Shown: one piece after another, positions 1 through 6,939 of the stretch
Layout of the letters: the number at the start of each line of letters is the position of its first letter
How positions within the stretch are numbered: position 1 is the stretch's first letter
DNA from: Candidatus Eiseniibacteriota bacterium
GTDB lineage: Bacteria; Eisenbacteria; RBG-16-71-46; CAIMUX01; VGJL01
NCBI GenBank assembly: GCA_963792585.1
Contig: CAWBWI010000003.1
Coordinates: 934,299-998,298 of the forward strand
Reading direction: 5' to 3'
DNA: 64,000 bases
Position numbers and translations under genes: made by a program
Notes under the pieces: generated by a model
Databases searched by the model: none
What the model saw: the letters and a program-made list of their open reading frames with translations, nothing else
What the model was told of the DNA's origin: nothing

Positions 1-2
1 TG

Positions 3-413
3 ATAGGGAACATCGGCCACAAGTATGATTCGCTAGCGCTCACGCTGCTGCGCGTGATCGCCGGATTCCTGTTCGTCCCGCATGGTGCGCAGAAACTCTT
101 CGGCATGTTCGGCGGAATGGGCGGGACGGGGGCGGTAGCGGCGTTTCCGGCACTCACGTGGTTCGCGGGGGTCTGCGAGTTCTACGGCGGGCTGCTGCTG
201 CTGCTGGGGATCTTCACGCGGCCGGTCGCATTTCTGCTGTGCGGGCAGATGGCCGTCGCCTACTTCAAGGCCCACGCACCGAATGGGTTCTGGCCGTTGG
301 TCAACCGCGGGGAGCTGGCCGTCCTCTACTGCTTTGTCTTCCTCTATCTGGCGGTCGCAGGGGGAGGGCGCTACAGGCTTGAGTCCCTTTGGCATCGCCG
401 GGCAAAGGAGTGA
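3..413 (+). CDS. DoxX family membrane protein, 5' end probably just off the window
   Basis: The frame of the listed 54..413 ORF stays open back to base 3 (IGNIGHKYDSLALTLLRVIAGFLFVPHGAQKLFG). The conserved DoxX N-terminal helix (LLRV.AG.LF..HG.QKLFG) therefore begins upstream of the GTG at 54. The rest is hydrophobic helices. Stop at 411-413. Confidence 0.7.
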   Translation: MGNIGHKYDSLALTLLRVIAGFLFVPHGAQKLFGMFGGMGGTGAVAAFPALTWFAGVCEFYGGLLLLLGIFTRPVAFLLCGQMAVAYFKAHAPNGFWPLVNRGELAVLYCFVFLYLAVAGGGRYRLESLWHRRAKE

Positions 414-470
414 TAGCGGGCGCCTGAGCCGGTCGCACGTGATGTCCGCGAGCGTCTCCGATCTTTGGCC

Positions 471-502
471 TTGACTTTCATCCATACTCGAATAATTATT
501 CG
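471..502 (+). promoter_or_regulatory. sigma-70-like promoter candidate overlapping a perfect 14-bp palindrome
   Basis: TTGACT at 471-476, 16-nt spacer, TAATTA at 493-498. Perfect palindrome CGAATAATTATTCG at 489-502. Conspicuous AT-rich pocket. The next ATG is at 506 with no Shine-Dalgarno. Confidence 0.35.
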
Positions 503-505
503 ACT

Positions 506-1750
506 ATGACAATGGATGAATACCATCTCAGCTATCACAAGTGCCGCGACATGCTTGCGAAACGCCTTCGGGAACCCGCCCCGGGGCGCATCCAGTTGCT
601 TTCAGGCCCACGCCAGGTCGGCAAGACCACGCTTCTCCTGGAGTTGTCCGGCAAGCTCGGCAAGCAGGCGATCTATGCCGCCGCGGACGCGCCGGAGGCG
701 GCTCTGCCGGGATTCTGGGAACGGCTGTTCATCCTTGCCGAGGAGAGGGCCGGAAGTCAGGGACGCGCCGTCGTTCTGCTCGACGAAGTACACATGCTTC
801 ATGATTGGGCCGCGCGGCTCAAGGGAGTCACGGATCGCTTCAAACGCGAGAAGATCCCGATTCACGTCGTGGCTACGGGTTCGTCGGCGCTCCATCTTGT
901 CGCGGGTTCTCGGGAGACTCTTGCGGGTCGGTTCGAACGGCTGACGCTCACCCACTGGTCCGCGGCCGCCTTGGCGCGAGGTTTCGATCTTGGAGCGGAG
1001 GAAGCAACCGGGCTCATCGTTCGGATGGGTTCGTATCCCGGCGCCTTCCCGTTGCGAAAGGACCTGGGTCGCTGGTCTGCATATGTGCGGGATGCGATCC
1101 TTGATCCGGCGATCGGTCGGGACATCCTCGCCCTGTCAGCGGTAAGAAGGCCGGCGCTGCTCCGTCAGGTATTCGGCGTCGCCGCATCATCACCAGCCCG
1201 AATCGTCTCGCTGCAGAAGATTCAGGGACAGCTTCAGGACGCCGGGGCCCTCGAGACCATCGCGCACTACCTGGTATTGCTCGAGGAGGCGTTCCTTGTC
1301 GCCGCTGCGCCGAAGTACTCGAAACAGGACGCGCGACGACGAGCGTCCCCTCCCAAGCTGATCGTACTGAGCAATGCCTTCCTGGCCGTGATGGATCCAC
1401 GCGGGATTCCGGCGGATCGCTCCGATCCGGAGAGATTCGGGGCGTGGGTCGAGAATGCCTGTCTGGCGCACGCGTGGAACTCCGGCCAGGACGTTTCATA
1501 TTGGCGTGAGGAACCGCTCGAAATTGATGGCGTCTGCGAAGGAAGCTGGGGTTCGTGGGCGATCGAGGTCAAGACGGGCAAGTTCGTCATGACCGACCTG
1601 AAGGGGCTCTTCGAATTCGTCCGAAGGTACCCCAGATTCCGGCCGCTCGTCGTCTGCGGAAGTGCAGGTCGCGCGACGGCGGAACGCGCAGGAGTTCAAA
1701 GTGTGACATGGCAGGAATTCCTTCTTGATGGACCGCCCCGGTCTGGGTGA
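506..1750 (+). CDS. AAA-type ATPase of the AAA_14/DUF4143 kind
   Basis: Walker A LLSGPRQVGKTTLL and Walker B VVLLDEVHML. Size and C-terminal half (..WREEPLEIDGV..WAIEVKTGK..) fit the stand-alone DUF4143 ATPases as I recall them; not searched. Confidence 0.75.
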   Translation: MTMDEYHLSYHKCRDMLAKRLREPAPGRIQLLSGPRQVGKTTLLLELSGKLGKQAIYAAADAPEAALPGFWERLFILAEERAGSQGRAVVLLDEVHMLHDWAARLKGVTDRFKREKIPIHVVATGSSALHLVAGSRETLAGRFERLTLTHWSAAALARGFDLGAEEATGLIVRMGSYPGAFPLRKDLGRWSAYVRDAILDPAIGRDILALSAVRRPALLRQVFGVAASSPARIVSLQKIQGQLQDAGALETIAHYLVLLEEAFLVAAAPKYSKQDARRRASPPKLIVLSNAFLAVMDPRGIPADRSDPERFGAWVENACLAHAWNSGQDVSYWREEPLEIDGVCEGSWGSWAIEVKTGKFVMTDLKGLFEFVRRYPRFRPLVVCGSAGRATAERAGVQSVTWQEFLLDGPPRSG

Positions 1751-1842
1751 TCCGGTCGAAGGGGCGCCGGATATGCTTCGTCACTCCGGGCTCCGGGCCA
1801 TCGCATCAAGTGCGCGTCGATCGGCGAGCCCCTACCACCGAA

Positions 1843-1871
1843 TTGACCTGAGCGTCCCTGGGCCCTAGCAT
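1843..1871 (+). promoter_or_regulatory. sigma-70-like promoter candidate (TTGACC-N17-TAGCAT)
   Basis: TTGACC at 1843-1848, 17-nt spacer, TAGCAT at 1866-1871. The ATG of the 1101-aa ORF follows 7 nt later at 1879 with no Shine-Dalgarno. Confidence 0.3.
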
Positions 1872-1878
1872 CATCCGG

Positions 1879-4800
1879 ATGTCAACCCGACACCTCCTTG
1901 CCATGCACGGGCGGGACCGTGGCTTCCGGCGCGCCAACGCCGATTTCGCCGTTGGCCGAGGTTGCCTGTTGATGCTTGCTGGACTGGTCGCGTTTTCGTC
2001 TGCGAGAGCCAATGCAGGGGAGCTTGCAACCAAGCGCGATCGCCCTCGCGTCGGTTTCTCCGTTGTCGGACTGCTTCCCCATGATGACCGGGCCATCCTC
2101 TTCGGAGGAGTGGACAAGTTTGCGCGGATGCTTGCCGTCACACCGGCGACCTATGAAGAAGTCTCGATTCGGCTGGGGGGGCCGTTCGATCCGACGGCAC
2201 TTGCCCTCCACAATCGCGGCGATATGAGGACCGCTTACGGCTTCATCGGTTCGGTCGCCTGGGAACCCGTGGAGCGCTGGGACCTGAATGCTCTCCTCGG
2301 GATGACAGCCGGGGAGGCTCGGGTCGGTTTCCGCATCGATGTGGCGGAAGGTGAGCGGCAGGAGAAAGGCCGCGTGACGACGCCGGTGACCACGTTTCAC
2401 GCGGGGGTCGAGGCGCGGCGCCTGTTCGGCGGCGCGCTGGTCCGCCCGCTCCTCGGCATCGGTTTCCGGAGCGCATGGCTCTTCGGTGGAGAGGTGGAGG
2501 CGGAGGTGGCCGGCCTCAAGGTCAAGGCGGGCGATGCGCGGGACCGAGCGTCCATCGGGCCGGCACTGGGTGGCGGCGCCGAGTGGCGTCCAAGCGCGGG
2601 ATCGCTCCGCGTGCGTGCCGAAGTCTGGTGTGTCGGCTCGCTGCTCGATCGTGACCCGGACGCGGCAGGGGGTTCGCATCTGCGGATCGAGCCCGAAGCG
2701 CGCTTGGGCATCGCGACGGGGATCGGCCGGTCCGATCGACTGCGTTCGGGGCGCGCAACGCGACCGAATACCGCATCGGCGGAATGGATTCATGCGGGCG
2801 ATCGTGTCCGCTTCGAGATCTCCCTCGAGAATCGGACGCCGCAGCCGCAGCCGGCGGTCGTCGAGGATCCGATTCCTGCAGGGGCCAGCCGGTTGGACGT
2901 CGGTTCGATCCAGGTGATCGGTTCGACCACGCCGGTCACGGATGCGTCCTCGCCGCACGGCGGCGTGTCGATTCGCGGCATCATGGTGCCGCCGGATGGA
3001 CGGGCGACGGTGCGCTATGTCGTCTACATCTCCGAAGACCTTGTGGACGGCGCCGTTCTGGAAAACAGAGCCACGGTCAACGGGCGTCCGACGAATCGGG
3101 CGACGACGCCGCCGGTGGTTGGTCATGCCGAGGAGGAAGGGGCGATCGACGCGGCAAAGCGATACGTGGGTCGCGAACCATCGGGCGCGCCCGGCGGCTC
3201 GCCCGAGGAGATCCCGCGCGGCATCACCACCGCGCCGCCCGACACGGTGCCCGTTCCACCGGTTCCCCCGGTCCCTCCGGGGCAACCGCCGCGCGTCCCG
3301 CCGGCGGAAGGATGCGACTGCTGCTGCCACCTGGTCCCGGTCTGGTCGAGGGGTCCCTCGATCGAGGTGCAGATCGTCACCCCCGTGGGGGACAGCCTGC
3401 AGGTTCCGATCGGCGGCATGCTGCCGTTCGCCGTCGACGGATCGGATCGCGATCTGCTGACGCTGCGGTGCATCAAGGAAGGGTGCGGCGAGAAACCCTG
3501 TGCGGGCTGTTCCGGTGCAGGGGAGATCGATCTGCCGGGCACGTTGCGGTACCGGTGGGAGGTCGTCGATGGTCCGGGGGCGCTGGTGACGTCGCCTCCC
3601 TTTCCGCACCCGCACTCGGCGCTGGTTGAAGGACCGGCAACGATCTACGTGGCCCCGGACACGCTGGTGGATGGAGCGAAGGTGACCCTCCGTCTGACGG
3701 TGGATGATGGCCCCGAGTACATCGCGGACATTGACGATGCGCCCGTCGAGCGGATCTTTCACATAATCCTCAGGGCCCAAGTCGACCACGAGCCTCCGAC
3801 GGTAGCGCCGAGGTCGGGGCCTGCGAGATCTTCCGCCCACACCTCCGAGGGTGGCTGCTCCTGTCGTCCGGTGCCGGCATGGGCGGCTGCGTCGCCCCCA
3901 TCGCCGCGCGCGACGCCGCCCGATACGGTCGTCGTCTGCGCGCGGGGGTACGTCGTCCTGGCAGCCGCCGGGAGCGATGTCGATCGCCTGTCCGCGCGGT
4001 GCGTGGATCCGAAGTGCGCCTCTCCGGAGCAAGCCTGGATGCTGAACGATGCGCCGCGATATCTATGGAAGACGGGCCGTGGCCGGATCTTCGGAACGTC
4101 GGAGAAGGTCGTCTACGAAGCGCCCGATGCGCCGGGCCGGGACACCGTGTCGCGAACCCTCGACGACAGCGGGGTTCATCCCGGCCCTGCAGACGAGGCC
4201 CCGGTCCCTGCGAAGCCGGTCACCATCTTTGTCTTCAAGTCCGCGCTGCTCGCCGTGAAGCCGATCCGGACCGGCCTCGGAAAGGGGTACGAAATCCAGT
4301 ATGCGGTGGATCCTCCTCCGGCCGACGCCGCGCGGATCGAGATCTTCGATGCGAAAAACCGGCGCATTCGGACGCTCGATGATCTGCCTGTCGGGCCCGA
4401 TTACGTGCCGGGTGTGATGAGAGCGCGGTGGGACGGGCTCGACGATGCGGGACGGCCCGTCGTCGAAAGGGGAGGCCGATTCCGGGCGGTGCTGGTGACG
4501 CGCCGCGGGACGGCGGAATGTAGATCGGAAAAGGACGTTCCGCCTTGGGAGAGGGTCAGGCAGGACAAGGCTTTGTGCGGCGGCATAGAGGGAACGATTG
4601 ATTTTCCGGCGTCGGCGCGCAAGAAACCTCGATTGGTGGTCGTCTATGTCGAGGGTGAGTGCGAGGCTTGCGCCCGCGTTCCGCATTCCGACAGCCTTGT
4701 CATCCATTACTATGGGATGCGCGAAACCCTCAATGGTATTCAACCGCATCTCGGTGCCGTGCCTGCGGGAACCCCAATCGTTCTCGTCAACGGTGAGGAA

Positions 4801-5184
4801 AAGGAGATCGACCATGCGCCGCGCGTCATTCCCGAGGCGCACATCGACTGGCAAGGCGATCGTCGCAGGATGCTCGGCGACGTGGGGGTTCTCCGCCGGG
4901 GGGAACGCGCGACCATCGGATACTCGCGCCCGGGACGCATCACCCTTCATTGCGAACTCCACAAGTTCGAGGACGCAACGTTCTTCGTCACGCCCAACGA
5001 ATGCTATAGCGCGATCGTGGTGCCTGAAGGGGTCAGCTCCGTGGATTACAGTCTCGAGAACCTGCTTGCAGGGACATACACGATCCGTGTCTTCGCCCTT
5101 GCGCCGCACCGTGATGTCGGCCCCATCGCCGTGACCGTCGAGAAGGGCAACATCACGAGGCGAGACATAAAGATCACGCGGTGA
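1879..5184 (+). CDS. large secreted/surface multidomain protein, function unknown
   Basis: - N-terminal hydrophobic signal-like segment (CLLMLAGLVAFSSARANA), then a proline-rich linker (PVPPVPPVPPGQPP).
- Two related Cys-containing modules.
- An internal FlgD-Ig/T9SS-type segment (ARIEIFDAKNRRIRTL..RARWDGLDDAGRPV).
- A C-terminal cupredoxin-like segment (..RITLHCELHKFEDATFFV..) plus a CarboxypepD_reg-like end (LLAGTYTIRVFA). Confidence 0.6.
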   Translation: MSTRHLLAMHGRDRGFRRANADFAVGRGCLLMLAGLVAFSSARANAGELATKRDRPRVGFSVVGLLPHDDRAILFGGVDKFARMLAVTPATYEEVSIRLGGPFDPTALALHNRGDMRTAYGFIGSVAWEPVERWDLNALLGMTAGEARVGFRIDVAEGERQEKGRVTTPVTTFHAGVEARRLFGGALVRPLLGIGFRSAWLFGGEVEAEVAGLKVKAGDARDRASIGPALGGGAEWRPSAGSLRVRAEVWCVGSLLDRDPDAAGGSHLRIEPEARLGIATGIGRSDRLRSGRATRPNTASAEWIHAGDRVRFEISLENRTPQPQPAVVEDPIPAGASRLDVGSIQVIGSTTPVTDASSPHGGVSIRGIMVPPDGRATVRYVVYISEDLVDGAVLENRATVNGRPTNRATTPPVVGHAEEEGAIDAAKRYVGREPSGAPGGSPEEIPRGITTAPPDTVPVPPVPPVPPGQPPRVPPAEGCDCCCHLVPVWSRGPSIEVQIVTPVGDSLQVPIGGMLPFAVDGSDRDLLTLRCIKEGCGEKPCAGCSGAGEIDLPGTLRYRWEVVDGPGALVTSPPFPHPHSALVEGPATIYVAPDTLVDGAKVTLRLTVDDGPEYIADIDDAPVERIFHIILRAQVDHEPPTVAPRSGPARSSAHTSEGGCSCRPVPAWAAASPPSPRATPPDTVVVCARGYVVLAAAGSDVDRLSARCVDPKCASPEQAWMLNDAPRYLWKTGRGRIFGTSEKVVYEAPDAPGRDTVSRTLDDSGVHPGPADEAPVPAKPVTIFVFKSALLAVKPIRTGLGKGYEIQYAVDPPPADAARIEIFDAKNRRIRTLDDLPVGPDYVPGVMRARWDGLDDAGRPVVERGGRFRAVLVTRRGTAECRSEKDVPPWERVRQDKALCGGIEGTIDFPASARKKPRLVVVYVEGECEACARVPHSDSLVIHYYGMRETLNGIQPHLGAVPAGTPIVLVNGEEKEIDHAPRVIPEAHIDWQGDRRRMLGDVGVLRRGERATIGYSRPGRITLHCELHKFEDATFFVTPNECYSAIVVPEGVSSVDYSLENLLAGTYTIRVFALAPHRDVGPIAVTVEKGNITRRDIKITR

Positions 5185-5238
5185 CGTGGAGGGCGCTTCA
5201 TCGGATGCGATCCCCGTCCCCTGCCGTTGGGGCCTTTC

Positions 5239-6213
5239 TCAATGTCGATGCCGATGATGAACGTCGTGGACGTGCCCGTGCCCGTGTTTGATCGGCAGGT
5301 GACGATGCGCATGCGCGTGCGGCGCTTCCGTGAGTTCCTCAGGGGTATGCTCGTGCTCGTGGTGTTCATCGTGCGCGTGCTCGTGCGCATGCTCCGTCGC
5401 CCCGTGTTCGTGCAGGTGCTCGTGCCGGTCGAACACGAGAAGGAGGGCGCCGGCGGTCATCACGCCGAGGGCGAGTAGACTTTCCGCGGCGGCCCGCTCG
5501 CGCAATAGGCTCCAGGAGAGAATAGCGGCAAAGCCCGGGGCGAGCGCGAACAACATCCCGGTCTGCAGGACCCCGAGTCTGCGCAACCCGCGCACGAAGA
5601 GGACGATCGAGAGGCCGTAGGAAACCGCCCCCACCGCGATCGCGGCAAGGAGGCGCGGCGTGTTCCACTCTCCGAACCCGCCGAATGCGGCGGCGAGGGC
5701 GAGGCTCGTGAGCCCCCCGACGATCCCCTTCACGGCGACGATCTGCCGCGCGTCGCGCACGCTCACACGCTGGGTCAGGTTAGTGTCGAGGCCCCACAGC
5801 GCGCAGGCGCCGACGACGCAGGCGGCGCCCGCCCAGCGCGTCGGCGCGGATGTCGCCGCCTCGCCCGGGAGCGATAGAATGACCGCGCCGCCGAGGATCG
5901 CCAGCGCCCCGATCCATCCCCGACGGCCGAGGTGTTCGCCCGAGAGCAGAACCCCGAGTCCGATCGTGAAGACGGCTTCGAAGTTGAGGAAGAGACCCGT
6001 CACGTGCCCGCTGACCTGTCGGACGCCGATGAGGAACAATAGCGGCGCGAGGACGGCCCCGGAAAGGATGGCGCCTCCCATCCAGACCCATTCTCCAGGG
6101 CGGATGAAGTTCCGTGCGGGGTTGCCGCGCGGGTGGGGCGAGAGGCCGACCAGAAGCGCGCCCAGCGTCCCGGCGGATAGGTAGAGGACGGCGGAGAGCG
6201 CCAACGGTTGCAC
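5239..6213 (-). CDS. EamA/DMT family transporter with a histidine-rich C-terminal tail; true start probably upstream (CTG near 6339)
   Basis: Repeated hydrophobic helices typical of DMT. The last ~63 residues are HEHLHEHGATEHAHEHAHDEHHEHEH..HAHAHRH..HGHGHVHDVHHRHRH. A helix-like segment (IEVIAAALAFAASVPAIKLLL) lies in frame upstream of the GTG at 6213. Confidence 0.7.
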   Translation of the reverse strand: MQPLALSAVLYLSAGTLGALLVGLSPHPRGNPARNFIRPGEWVWMGGAILSGAVLAPLLFLIGVRQVSGHVTGLFLNFEAVFTIGLGVLLSGEHLGRRGWIGALAILGGAVILSLPGEAATSAPTRWAGAACVVGACALWGLDTNLTQRVSVRDARQIVAVKGIVGGLTSLALAAAFGGFGEWNTPRLLAAIAVGAVSYGLSIVLFVRGLRRLGVLQTGMLFALAPGFAAILSWSLLRERAAAESLLALGVMTAGALLLVFDRHEHLHEHGATEHAHEHAHDEHHEHEHTPEELTEAPHAHAHRHLPIKHGHGHVHDVHHRHRH

Positions 6214-6401
6214 TCCCGCGAGCAGAAGCTTGATCGCGGGGACACTTGCGGCGAAGGCGAGAGCCGCGGCAATGACCTCGATCTGCCCGCGTAGGTTCCG
6301 CCGGTGAACCGGCGTGGCTACCCGATCGCTGATGTCCAGGCTTCCTCCGCCGCGTCGATCCGGTCGGCTTCCCGCTCGGATCGCGCAGAACGCAGCCTCA
6401 C

Positions 6402-6923
6402 TCAGTCCAAGGGGAAGTCCAGATTCCCCGGCCCGGGCCTACCCAGGAGGCGGCACATCGCAAGCACCTGACCCTGGTGCTGGTAGATGTGCGTCGTCGT
6501 GCGTACGAAGACCAAGGCCGGCACGAGCGGACGCATCTTGCCGGGCCACGTCCACATTTCCCGGGACGTGTTCAACTCCACTTCCGAAGCCTGACGCACG
6601 TAGGCGCCCGTCGATTCCGCAACCTGCGCACGGTACGCCTCGAGCGCGGCCACGGAGGCGTGGTTGGGATCGTCCACCTCGTCCTTGTAGAGACCGCGGA
6701 TCACGTTCATCCAGTACTCCTGCGCGCCGATGACGTGATTGAGCTGTTGGAGGAGATTCGGGTAGCCGAACCCCTCGAGTTCACGGGAGAGGTCCTCGTC
6801 GCCGAACGGCGCGCAGTGCTGGAGCAGCCTCTGCAGGCTGCGGTGTGCGCGTTCGTGCATGTCTAACAGTGCCGGTGCGGTATACATCAATTCTCCTCCT
6901 ATGCGACATCCGGCCGAACGCAA
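6402..6923 (-). CDS. DinB family protein
   Basis: 173 aa with a DinB-like helical pattern and spaced His residues (DMHERAHRSL, NHVIGAQEYW, TTHIYQHQGQ). Recalled family; not searched. Confidence 0.6.
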   Translation of the reverse strand: MRSAGCRIGGELMYTAPALLDMHERAHRSLQRLLQHCAPFGDEDLSRELEGFGYPNLLQQLNHVIGAQEYWMNVIRGLYKDEVDDPNHASVAALEAYRAQVAESTGAYVRQASEVELNTSREMWTWPGKMRPLVPALVFVRTTTHIYQHQGQVLAMCRLLGRPGPGNLDFPLD

Positions 6924-6939
6924 CCCGCCGGCGTCCCGA

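Noticed and set aside
1882-4032. 716-aa ORF on the - strand
   Set aside because: It is antisense to the 1101-aa protein and has an Arg/Pro/Gly-rich composition with no recognisable features. The + strand product has signal, linker and domain structure.
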